DNA of 64,000 nt. Origin: Candidatus Thorarchaeota archaeon (lineage in GTDB: Archaea; Asgardarchaeota; Thorarchaeia; Thorarchaeales; Thorarchaeaceae). The notes under the pieces were generated by a model. It ran no database searches, was not told where the DNA came from, and saw only the letters and a program-made list of their open reading frames with translations. Shown here in pieces: positions 18,241 to 26,980 of this stretch. Numbering within the stretch: the first letter of the stretch is position 1; the number at the start of each line of letters is the position of its first letter. Made by a program: the position numbers and the translations under genes. Location: contig JAWOEX010000021.1 in NCBI GenBank assembly GCA_046482545.1, positions 160,001-224,000 on the forward strand, given 5' to 3'.

Positions 18241-19028
18241 CTTGCTTCCTGTGCGCTATCGGATTTTTGGTCGGAGCGTAACCCTGGGAAGTAGTATTTT
18301 CCACCACTGCTGAATCTAATATCTGCCACGGCAATTCCGGCCTCGACTAGACTGCTGAGAACTTGGCGTGCATGGTCTTCTGACCATCGAAGATTCATCA
18401 TGACTTGTTCAATGGTCACATGGCCATTTGCTGCAGCTAGATTAATCACCTCAGCTTGGTCTCCCCGCAGTTCTAGTGGGCGTAGTTCCACCACTTTGAC
18501 TCCACCTCCAAGCGTTCGAATTCCTGGAAGAAGACCATGTTCTGCAACACGGTTTACAGCTTCGATAACGTCGTTGTAGCTTACTGAATTCAGCTCTGGA
18601 ATCCTACGAACAACACGTACAATCAGTTCTGCAAGACCCATTAGACCCTTCGATGCATTTGCGGTAGCTACATCAAGAATAGCCAGGCCAATTTGATCAT
18701 AGTATTCCTCCTCGGTCATACCTCGAGGGGGGCCATTCGAACCGTCCGCGAAGAATTGTAAAAGTTCAGCAGCATCAGGAAATCTGTCTAAGATACGCTC
18801 TTCATATATGAAATCCTGTAAATCTTGGCCTCGACGGCGCATACGATCAATATTGGACTTAACATCAAGCATCAGAGCTTCTGATTCGCGTCGATAGGAT
18901 TTCACCCCAACTACTCCCATGTCATACATCTTCTTTAGCTGGTCCAAGGTAGCTATTGAAGCGTATAATTCTGATTCTACATGGAAATCCATCGGCAAGC
19001 CATCACTATCCGGAGTGTCTAGATGCAT
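18237..19028 (-). CDS. Vps28 N-terminal-like domain fused to a Vps22/36 (EAP30) tandem winged helix
   Basis: N-terminal 'SELYASIATLDQLKKMYDMGVVGVKSYRRESEALM...LQDFIYEERILDRFPDAAELL'; C-terminal 'YYDQIGLAILDV...GLMGLAEL...VSYNDVIEAV...PLELRGDQAEVINLA...GHVT...LRWSEDHARQVLSSLVEAGIAVAD...YYFPGL'. Confidence 0.8.
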   Translation of the reverse strand: MHLDTPDSDGLPMDFHVESELYASIATLDQLKKMYDMGVVGVKSYRRESEALMLDVKSNIDRMRRRGQDLQDFIYEERILDRFPDAAELLQFFADGSNGPPRGMTEEEYYDQIGLAILDVATANASKGLMGLAELIVRVVRRIPELNSVSYNDVIEAVNRVAEHGLLPGIRTLGGGVKVVELRPLELRGDQAEVINLAAANGHVTIEQVMMNLRWSEDHARQVLSSLVEAGIAVADIRFSSGGKYYFPGLRSDQKSDSAQEAS

Positions 19029-19085
19029 CGAACGAATACAGAGATAGAGACCCGCTCTTTAAGAGAGAGTATTACGAGAATTATT

Positions 19086-20420
19086 CTATGGGGTGAGGCG
19101 GTCACGATCTCTGGGTAGCAGAGAGGCTTCTCGAATATTATTTAAATTCAAGAGCTGCATGGTAAGCCGTTCCACTCCGAGTCCCAAACCACCATGCGGC
19201 GGAGCACCATACTTGAAAGGTTCCAAGTAGAACATGAAGTCCTCAGGATTAAATCCCTTTTCTTCGAATTTCTCTACCAATAAATCATAGATATGGATTC
19301 TCTGACCACCTGTCGTGATTTCCATTCCTTTGTACGTGAGGTCGAAGCTTTCGGTTAATCCGGGCTGACTCATGCTAGGCATGGTGTATGCAGGTCGTAG
19401 CTCGGAGGGGTAATGAGTTATGAAAACAAAAGGTGAACCAAATCGCTTGGGGAAAGCTTCCCTCAATATCCCCTCGCTTTCTGGATCCAAATCTTCCCCC
19501 ATGGAAATATCCTTTCCTTCCTCATTGAGGATATCCACGACTTTCTCATACTTTACCCGTGGAAATGGTATGCTAGGAACTTTGAAGTCTATTTGAAATG
19601 CTTCTCTGTTCTCTAGAAATCGCTCACGAGTCTTCGCAAAGGCATAATGAAGCATCCTTTCCTCCAACTCCATGACTTCATCCATATCTCGTATCCACGC
19701 TATCTCAATATCAAAAGATGTGTATTCATTGATATGTCGAATCGTGTTGTGTTTCTCAGCCCTGAATACAGGTCCAATCTCGAAAACCTTTCCAAAGCCG
19801 GCGAGCAGCATGAGTTGCTTGTAGAACTGTGGACTCTGAGCGAGGAATGCAGAACGATCGAAATACTTCACTTCGAAAAGGCTTGCGCCACCTTCGGTTG
19901 CTGAGGCGACTATTTTTGGGGTATGTATTTCCATGAAACCGCTTTTCTCCAGATATTCGCGGCAAAATCTAACAATATCATGCTGTAACCGAAATATCGA
20001 GTTAAGGCGAGGTTTTCTCAAATCAAGTATGCGATGATTAAGACGGGTATCCAAGTCGATGTCTACTTTCCCTTCGACTACATCAATTGGAATCCTTTCG
20101 GACTTGTTGATGATTCGTATTTCATCGGGAATGATTTCTACACCAGTATCAACCTGAGGTGCTTCCACAACTTCCCCCTTGACAGCAATCACATACTCTG
20201 GTTTCAAATCCTCAGATAGCTGGAATACGTCAGCTGGAACTCTCTTCTTCGGCAATGTTACTTGAACGGTGCCTTTCTCATCCCTCAATACCAGAAACTT
20301 GATGCTACCCTTGTCTCGTAGAATGTGCACCCATCCAAAGAGGGTTACTTCCTCTCCTTCGGTTCCAGATTGTATCTCTCTAGAGAAATGGGTCCGTTCC
20401 CAGTCACCAATGCTATCCAA
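19086..20420 (-). CDS. aspS: Aspartyl-tRNA synthetase, archaeal type
   Basis: OB fold 'LFGWVHILRDKGSIKFLVLRD', 'ATEGGA', 'LAQSPQFYKQ', 'FRAEKH', 'GAPPHGGLGLGVERL'; probable TTG start 20420. Confidence 0.95.
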   Translation of the reverse strand: MDSIGDWERTHFSREIQSGTEGEEVTLFGWVHILRDKGSIKFLVLRDEKGTVQVTLPKKRVPADVFQLSEDLKPEYVIAVKGEVVEAPQVDTGVEIIPDEIRIINKSERIPIDVVEGKVDIDLDTRLNHRILDLRKPRLNSIFRLQHDIVRFCREYLEKSGFMEIHTPKIVASATEGGASLFEVKYFDRSAFLAQSPQFYKQLMLLAGFGKVFEIGPVFRAEKHNTIRHINEYTSFDIEIAWIRDMDEVMELEERMLHYAFAKTRERFLENREAFQIDFKVPSIPFPRVKYEKVVDILNEEGKDISMGEDLDPESEGILREAFPKRFGSPFVFITHYPSELRPAYTMPSMSQPGLTESFDLTYKGMEITTGGQRIHIYDLLVEKFEEKGFNPEDFMFYLEPFKYGAPPHGGLGLGVERLTMQLLNLNNIREASLLPRDRDRLTP

Positions 20421-20526
20421 ACCATACTTATTGCACAAGTCATCAAGTCCGCTCAAACTGTACACCAGCCTTTTGTCAGCAAGAAATGTCGGGTGCAGTT
20501 GTGTTATGAGGGTTTTGTTCTTCCAT

Positions 20527-20790
20527 CTACATCGGGGCTGCAAGGAGCTCGTAGACGACTTTCCTTCCGTCATTTGCGTGCTCCTCGTCTGTCACAAGGC
20601 CTAAATCTTTAAGCCTGCTCAGGCCATAGTTGACAGTTCGAGGGGGTAGAAAGCTCTCCTCGATAATAGCCTGACGTGACATGCGCCGTTTGTTCTTTAG
20701 CAGCACATAGAGAAGTTTAGCGGAAGGAGGTAAGTCTAAGAATGAGCGCCTGGCAAACGCGATCCCACCTGATTGCTGTTGCCATGTCAC
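20527..20790 (-). CDS. Small MarR-like winged-helix regulator
   Basis: 'DLPPSAKLLYVLL...IIEESFLPPRTVNYGLSRLKDLGLV...DGRKVVY'; GTG start with GGAGGT RBS. Confidence 0.8.
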   Translation of the reverse strand: MTWQQQSGGIAFARRSFLDLPPSAKLLYVLLKNKRRMSRQAIIEESFLPPRTVNYGLSRLKDLGLVTDEEHANDGRKVVYELLAAPM

Positions 20791-20950
20791 TTTACCTCCA
20801 ATTTCTTTTGACGAAGTTTGATGAACGATGCTCATAAGGGTTACCATCACAACAAGAGAAGCAAGAAATCCGCCCCAAGCCGAGTTGATTAGAGATTTCT
20901 TTTGGCGTCGGAAGTCGAAGATAGACCATACATCGATCAAGGTGCTTCTT

Positions 20951-22297
20951 TCAATTCCTCTTCAACACCACGAGGCTTTCTCTTGAGCTCCTGTTATCTT
21001 TCATGTTCGTAGCAGGATTTACACCATATGAAAACATCCGCCTAGAGACTATGGTGTCAACAAGGGTCCCTTTATGCACCCAGCCGAGCTCCGTGAAGTG
21101 CTCAGTTAATATTTCATCAATTGGAACTGGTCGGCCTCGCATACTGGGCCGACCCACAAAGAAGAAGAGAAATGAATTGATGTCCTCGGACAGCCTTTGA
21201 AGAGCCATGGTCACTCCACGGAAATAGTTATCGTATACATCTTGAATATGGTCCTCTTGTACGCCCCTCCTCATACGTTTGTAGGTTTCAGAGTAGATGT
21301 CAGTTTCTGAAATGTCTCGGTAGGGAATCTCCTTTCTACTCAGGGTTCTCACATCTTCGTCTGAATAACCCAACCAGAATAGATCCATTTTGGCCTGCCG
21401 CATATATTCCTGAGATTGCATATAGGGTGGCGAGGTAACAAGAATATCTTTGCTCTGACCAAGATCGTAATTCAAGGAATCAATTCCAGCATGAATAATT
21501 GAATCCACTTCCCGAGGATTGAAGGTATGATATTCCTCTTGCCGCTCAAGCAAATCGGTTGTCTCTTTCTTGAGCATTGAATAGAAAAGTGCCTTCCAGT
21601 TCTTTTTCAAAATGTTTTCAACTCGCTCTTCCGACTTCGGGGACTTAGACAGCTTCATTCGGCCCATATCATCATAAGAAAAATATCTACTCACTTTCAG
21701 CAGGGGAACAGCAAGTAATTCTTTCTTGTTAGTATCGTTGATCTCATGATAGGAACCCCATACATGTTTCAGGAATTCCTTGAAAGGTTCTGCAAACCAG
21801 TAATCAAAGTTAGCCCATTCCGGATGATAGCAGGTCTCATGAACGGACAGACGATTAATCAAGTCATCAACATTATAGGATTGTGGCGGTGCAATGGCGA
21901 CTCTGTGTAGTAAATCTAGGATTGGATTCAAATCCCACAGCTCATATTCAAGACCATACAGACGCGACACGAGTCCCGTGGTCCCACATCCCGCAAATGG
22001 GTCAAAGACAGTCATATCGTCTTCTGCGTACCTTTCCAAAACGTACACAGGAACTTGCGGAATGAATTTTGCGGGGTACTTGTAAATGCCAAAAGTGGCA
22101 TAGCTAGTTGAAGGAAAATCGACCATCTCTCTGAGGGATACTTCTAGTACTTCTCCAGTTTCTGTATCGTCTTCGAGAAACTCCGTCACAAATCGCGGTC
22201 CAGCAGCTGTCGTAGAGTTATCGGCCCCGCTATCATTGTCCTTCGAATGCTCTATAGCTGGACGCTCTTCCATCTCGTCTGGCATCTCTTTTTTCAA
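20951..22297 (-). CDS. DNA amino-methyltransferase, probably N4-cytosine, alpha motif order
   Basis: 'YKYPAKFIPQ', motif I 'DPFAGCGTT' preceding motif IV 'VTSPPY'. Confidence 0.8.
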   Translation of the reverse strand: MKKEMPDEMEERPAIEHSKDNDSGADNSTTAAGPRFVTEFLEDDTETGEVLEVSLREMVDFPSTSYATFGIYKYPAKFIPQVPVYVLERYAEDDMTVFDPFAGCGTTGLVSRLYGLEYELWDLNPILDLLHRVAIAPPQSYNVDDLINRLSVHETCYHPEWANFDYWFAEPFKEFLKHVWGSYHEINDTNKKELLAVPLLKVSRYFSYDDMGRMKLSKSPKSEERVENILKKNWKALFYSMLKKETTDLLERQEEYHTFNPREVDSIIHAGIDSLNYDLGQSKDILVTSPPYMQSQEYMRQAKMDLFWLGYSDEDVRTLSRKEIPYRDISETDIYSETYKRMRRGVQEDHIQDVYDNYFRGVTMALQRLSEDINSFLFFFVGRPSMRGRPVPIDEILTEHFTELGWVHKGTLVDTIVSRRMFSYGVNPATNMKDNRSSRESLVVLKRN

Positions 22298-22458
22298 GAA
22301 AGGACCTCATTTTCGTATAGAGGCTTATTGACTTTTGAGCTTGTACCCAATCGAATCTCTTGGCCAATGTACTTGCTTTCGCTATTCATGATCTGTAATT
22401 TCCTCTTGTTGGAATTACTCATCCATCTCCGAATCAGTTGGGATTAAAAAATGCATTG

Positions 22459-22500
22459 AGATGAGGAGGGCACCAAAAGTGATGGGGTGCACCTTCATCT
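22459..22500. terminator. Imperfect hairpin downstream of the aminotransferase gene
   Basis: AGATGAGG..GCACC / GGTGC..CTTCATCT. Confidence 0.3.
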
Positions 22501-22528
22501 TCATACAACTAGTATGTAATCATTGGGA

Positions 22529-23956
22529 TTATGCCGATTCTGTTAATGCCTTGTCCAAGCGGCTCACAGCATCATCGATTTCATCTTTTGTAATCACATA
22601 GCTTGGAGTCAAGCGGATACAATTCAGGCCGGAGCCAAAAATCCAGAGCTTCTGCTTCTGGACTGCATTTCGTATCATACGGTCCCTCAGCTTCGGCGCT
22701 CGCTCTTTGGTTCTTCTGTCGTTTACCAGCTCAATGCCGACCATCAGACCTGCTCCACGGACATCACCAATTGCCTCATGCTTCTCCTTTAGTTCCTCAA
22801 GCTGCTTTATGAGATACTTGCCTTTCTCGGCGTTCTTCTCCAAGTAGTTGTTCTCTTTCAAGTGCTGGAATAGCCAAAGCGATAGCAAAGCCATTTTGGG
22901 TTCGGCGGAGAATGTCTCCGAATGTCTCGCTCGATCAGAAAACATTGGGGACGGTCCTATGGATGCGCCCATCGGATAGCCAGCACCAAGCGCCTTTGCC
23001 ATTGCAACATATTCAGGTACAACATCGTGCAGCTCTATCGCACACCACTTACCTGTTCTTCCCATCCCTGCCTGAATCTCATCGGAAACGAAGTACCCAC
23101 CATTTTCCTTTGTTACTTCATATATTCCTTTCACGGCTTTGGCCGGTGGAAAAATTAGACCACCTTCACCACACAGTGGTTCCATAACGGTGGCCGCTAT
23201 ATCGTTTCCTTCTACCTGCAAGGCGTACCTGAGTGCTTCAACACACTCAACATTACAATCGTTCACATTCTGGCCATATGGACACCTGTAACAGTAAGGA
23301 TAAGACACACGAATGACATCGACCCCCTGTGGAAAACCAGACTTATGGGTTGAATTGCTGGAAGTTAAAGCCATGGCATAACCAGTACGGCCATGAAATG
23401 CGGGTCTGAACCCTACAAAGCGAGTGTTACCGCTCAAGTCCATAGCAGACTTCATGCAACCCTCGACTGCGCGGGCACCTGATGTCGTAAACACAACACG
23501 CTTCTTATGGTCTCCAGGTACGGTTCCGGCAATCGTTTCAGCAAGTAGCGTTTGTGGGATTGCATCAAAATCCATACCCGGGAGCTCATGAATTACATCA
23601 TTAATTCGACGCTCAAAATCTAGAAAAGGCTGGAATCGTAATCCAAGTGCTCTAACTGCAATGCCACCAGTTACATCCAAATACTCTGTGCCCTCAAGAT
23701 CGTATATGTTCAATCCTCGACCGCGGCTATAATCTAAGCACCCATACACATCTCTCTGCTGGGTAGTCAGGGCAAGTATTTTAGACGCTCTCTTTGTCCA
23801 AAATTCGTTGGTCATCTTGCTTTTGTCCAACTCTTCAAACCCAAGGTCCTTCAAAACCTGAATATCCTCTTCTTCCATCGGTACAGCCGTCTCCAAGTCT
23901 GTTACTTCGTCACATAATGCGGGACATATACATTTATCGATGGCAGCCCAGCCCAT
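22529..23956 (-). CDS. Class III PLP aminotransferase (GabT/ArgD-like)
   Basis: 'TTSGARAVE', 'AFHGRT', 'MEPLCGEGG', 'SDEIQAGMGRTG', 'MAKALGAG'; true start probably about 20-27 codons downstream. Confidence 0.9.
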   Translation of the reverse strand: MGWAAIDKCICPALCDEVTDLETAVPMEEEDIQVLKDLGFEELDKSKMTNEFWTKRASKILALTTQQRDVYGCLDYSRGRGLNIYDLEGTEYLDVTGGIAVRALGLRFQPFLDFERRINDVIHELPGMDFDAIPQTLLAETIAGTVPGDHKKRVVFTTSGARAVEGCMKSAMDLSGNTRFVGFRPAFHGRTGYAMALTSSNSTHKSGFPQGVDVIRVSYPYCYRCPYGQNVNDCNVECVEALRYALQVEGNDIAATVMEPLCGEGGLIFPPAKAVKGIYEVTKENGGYFVSDEIQAGMGRTGKWCAIELHDVVPEYVAMAKALGAGYPMGASIGPSPMFSDRARHSETFSAEPKMALLSLWLFQHLKENNYLEKNAEKGKYLIKQLEELKEKHEAIGDVRGAGLMVGIELVNDRRTKERAPKLRDRMIRNAVQKQKLWIFGSGLNCIRLTPSYVITKDEIDDAVSRLDKALTESA

Positions 23957-23996
23957 TGGAGCCTAACCCCATCTGAGGAGCCGATAGTTGTCTCAT

Positions 23997-24341
23997 CTAG
24001 AACAGGAGGAGGATTGAACCTATAATTACTAGAACTGCTGCAAGGTCCCCGCGGAAAACATACATGAGTATGCCGAGCACAAGCAAAATAACCCAGTTTT
24101 TCTTCAGACGCAGAGATTTCAGATTAACCCTCGGGTTTGTCGCGAGAACTATGAGCGATAAAACGATAAGCACAATTCCCGAAATGAGAAGGTCAAATCC
24201 CCCTATAATTGGGAAATCAATACTATACAATATCACCAATCTTGACCCGAGCAAAGCGAGAATACCAAACAGGAGTCCAACAATGCCTCCTAAGGTTAGA
24301 AGTATTTCTCCAACGTTCTGCGCATCCGATTTCCGTCCCAT
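23997..24341 (-). CDS. Small 4-TM membrane protein
   Basis: 114 aa, almost entirely hydrophobic segments. Confidence 0.65.
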   Translation of the reverse strand: MGRKSDAQNVGEILLTLGGIVGLLFGILALLGSRLVILYSIDFPIIGGFDLLISGIVLIVLSLIVLATNPRVNLKSLRLKKNWVILLVLGILMYVFRGDLAAVLVIIGSILLLF

Positions 24342-24360
24342 TCTGGGTTCATCCTCTATT

Positions 24361-24723
24361 CTAAATCATCAATAGGATGCCTGCAAGAAGAATCATGAGA
24401 CCAGCAAGTGTGGCCGCGTTCAGTAACCACCCTAAGAAATTGAAACTGAGATTGCGTAGCACAATCACGATTGCTATGAAGCCGAATAGAGCTAAGAGTG
24501 CACCACTCTGTTCAATCTTCCAGTGGACAAAGCCACATGCATCAATTGATAGTGCCACCATTAGGAGAAGAGCTACAGCGAGTATAACATCAGTAATCGC
24601 TTCAATGTTACCTGCTAGAGCTCCATCAATACCACCAAGTAGCATCTGAATAGCGAATATGGACAATACTGCAGAACCCAATAGTGTGTAAGCCTGCGCG
24701 GCTCCACGTGCCTTCGTTCCCAA
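24361..24723 (-). CDS. Small 4-TM membrane protein
   Basis: TTG 24723 after GGAGA; about 120 aa hydrophobic; ends 'AGLMILLAGILLMI', similar to the neighbour's 'AAVLVIIGSILLLF'. Confidence 0.6.
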   Translation of the reverse strand: MGTKARGAAQAYTLLGSAVLSIFAIQMLLGGIDGALAGNIEAITDVILAVALLLMVALSIDACGFVHWKIEQSGALLALFGFIAIVIVLRNLSFNFLGWLLNAATLAGLMILLAGILLMI

Positions 24724-24879
24724 GTCAAATCTCTCCAAGTTGTGAGATGATACTTTAGAACAAATAGCTTTCGTTAGTATTCTCGCAAGAAAAAAGATTG
24801 ATTTGTTGTGTTCTTCAAGTAATACACGGAGTTGTATTTTGAGGAATGAGCATATCATAGAGAGTAGACCAACTACGAG

Positions 24880-25764
24880 ATGGTCGTAATGAGATATCGC
24901 GAAAGATCTTCGAGGACCGGAAGGAAGGAGCCTCAACGTCCGGTAAGATTAGATGATACAGAGGGAACCGTTGTAATTGAAGGCAAATCTTATCCGGCGA
25001 AAGAAGTTGTTCAAGCCCTTACAAACTCGGGCTATACCCAGCTGAGAACAGCGGGAAATTCACTTATACTAGGCAAAGAACGAATCATGCCAATTTATAA
25101 ATCTCGTCAGGAGAGAGCGATGGCATCCCTCTGTCATGGAAGTCTCGCGTTTTGTTGTCCTCTCTCAAAGAGATGCCCTCAAAGAGATAGGGCACTTGAG
25201 GTTCTCGGTCTTACCCCAAATCAGTATAGAAAGCTGAAGAAAGATGCTCATAGCTCCTTCATGGAAACTGCTGCCGGCATCAAAGAGGTTTCTCGGGAAT
25301 ATGAACAGGGACGAGAACGTTCGGTCAATAGACCATCTATTGATAGAGGGTATGGTAGCGATGATTACAGGCGTGATTTTGATCAGCTAGACCGTGCGAT
25401 TAGTTCCTCCGAAAGTCATGAACAAAAGGAGTACTATCACTCAAAAGAACAAGATTCTGATTACAGAAAAAGAGAATACCGACAGGCAGAGCAGGATAAA
25501 TTTGGAATGCAGTCACCATACCGTGATGATGAGCACAACGAGTCTCGTCAACGTAATAGTTGTTCGTCTGATTCGATTCAGAGGATAAGGGATGAAAGTG
25601 AAGAGAGTCTCGATGGGATAGGCGCGCTCTTCCGACAGGATGAGTCTAGCCCCTTCAGAGAAGATGCACACGACGAGGCAACGAGCCCTGCTTTCTGTTT
25701 CTGTTGTGGACGTTCAGTTGAACCTTCAAGTCGTGTATGTCCTTATTGCGGGGCACGCCTGTAG
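24880..25764 (+). CDS. Protein with methanogenesis-marker-9-like Cys motif, disordered linker and C-terminal zinc ribbon
   Basis: 'CHGSLAFCCPLSKRCPQRDRALEVLGLTPNQYRKLKK'; C-terminal 'CFCCG...CPYCG'. Confidence 0.6.
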   Translation: MVVMRYRERSSRTGRKEPQRPVRLDDTEGTVVIEGKSYPAKEVVQALTNSGYTQLRTAGNSLILGKERIMPIYKSRQERAMASLCHGSLAFCCPLSKRCPQRDRALEVLGLTPNQYRKLKKDAHSSFMETAAGIKEVSREYEQGRERSVNRPSIDRGYGSDDYRRDFDQLDRAISSSESHEQKEYYHSKEQDSDYRKREYRQAEQDKFGMQSPYRDDEHNESRQRNSCSSDSIQRIRDESEESLDGIGALFRQDESSPFREDAHDEATSPAFCFCCGRSVEPSSRVCPYCGARL

Positions 25765-25779
25765 GATTACTACAGGTTC

Positions 25780-26829
25780 CTAATAGCTAGGCATTGCATT
25801 CTCGCGATAGTCCGAATAGTTGGCAGGATACCCACGTGTTATAGCAACCCGATTTGCTCCGACTTCGTTGGCCAATGTTTTGAGTATTTGGAGTTCCTCT
25901 ATGTCATCCAAGGCCCATCTGAAGAGCGTAACATGTCCTCCTCGACGGTTGAACTCGCGAATGAAATGCAGCTCTTCAACAAGCTCCTCGTAGTTCTTGG
26001 AGCCTACTGGATCCAAGCCAGGTGTCCAAGGATATAGATTTACCATAATACTACCGGTGATATCCCTAATTCTGGAGAAATCATATCCATTATGATTCTT
26101 TGCACCTTTGACCAATCCAGTACTAGGATCAATTAGTACTTCGATAGAAAGGCGTGGTGAAGACACCTCCTCGTCACCTTGAACCGCTTCAGCATTAGCC
26201 TGTTGCAAGGCCTCAATCCCATCAACGAATTTTTCCCTTCGCCACTCATGCCATTCGTCAAGATGATTCGGGTGATCAGTGAGATATTTGTGAGAAAGCT
26301 GTTCTGGTTCAATTTTAATCTTGGATGAGAATTCCTTCCTGCAAACATCACAGAAGCAGAACTTCTCGCTAAGATAGCCAGTCCCAAGCACAAGAATTTC
26401 GTCTATAGGCAGATTGCTTAGTTCTTTCACTACCTCAGCACCATAATCCCAGATTTCTCTCCTGTTGGGACAAACGTGCTGCAGCGAAGCATTTCCTTTT
26501 GAGTCAAGAGTCTGAGATTCTTGATTCCCCGCAAATCGAGAATCGGTATAATAATTCATAGCAACAATAGTGTCTATTTCGAGAGCATTAGATAGTTCAA
26601 TCCATTCCTCAAAAAATTCAGCCATAGCATCATCCACTGGAGCTTGGTCACTCTCAAAGTAAGCTTGACCATCAGCAGCCTTCGCAATAATTGCTGCTGC
26701 ATTCATGTACGAAGCGTAATTGGACATGAATTCTCTCGCTCCTATGTCAATCTCGTTTGGATCGAAGAGTATGACAGCCTTCTCCATGAGCATCTCTCGG
26801 ATTGTATCATCAGCCATTTGTAGTTCCAC
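25780..26829 (-). CDS. Glycoside-hydrolase-like TIM-barrel protein (GHL6/GHL10-like), possibly inactive
   Basis: 'HVCPN', 'FCFCDVCRKEF', 'EWHEWRR' motifs. Confidence 0.55.
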   Translation of the reverse strand: MELQMADDTIREMLMEKAVILFDPNEIDIGAREFMSNYASYMNAAAIIAKAADGQAYFESDQAPVDDAMAEFFEEWIELSNALEIDTIVAMNYYTDSRFAGNQESQTLDSKGNASLQHVCPNRREIWDYGAEVVKELSNLPIDEILVLGTGYLSEKFCFCDVCRKEFSSKIKIEPEQLSHKYLTDHPNHLDEWHEWRREKFVDGIEALQQANAEAVQGDEEVSSPRLSIEVLIDPSTGLVKGAKNHNGYDFSRIRDITGSIMVNLYPWTPGLDPVGSKNYEELVEELHFIREFNRRGGHVTLFRWALDDIEELQILKTLANEVGANRVAITRGYPANYSDYRENAMPSY

Positions 26830-26980
26830 CTTTACCTAGTGAATATAGGTACCAGCTTTACATTCTAGCCGCTGTGCTATAAGAATTTCCTATCTTAACC
26901 GGGAACTGAAAATAGTTCTCTGAAACGAGTGAATGCACATTTGCCCGAGACGCTAATCTGCTTTCATGAAAATGGCCAAT

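Noticed and set aside
20421-20573. 51-aa N-terminal extension of AspRS in the ORF track
   Set aside because: It overlaps the upstream HTH gene; homology begins near TTG 20420
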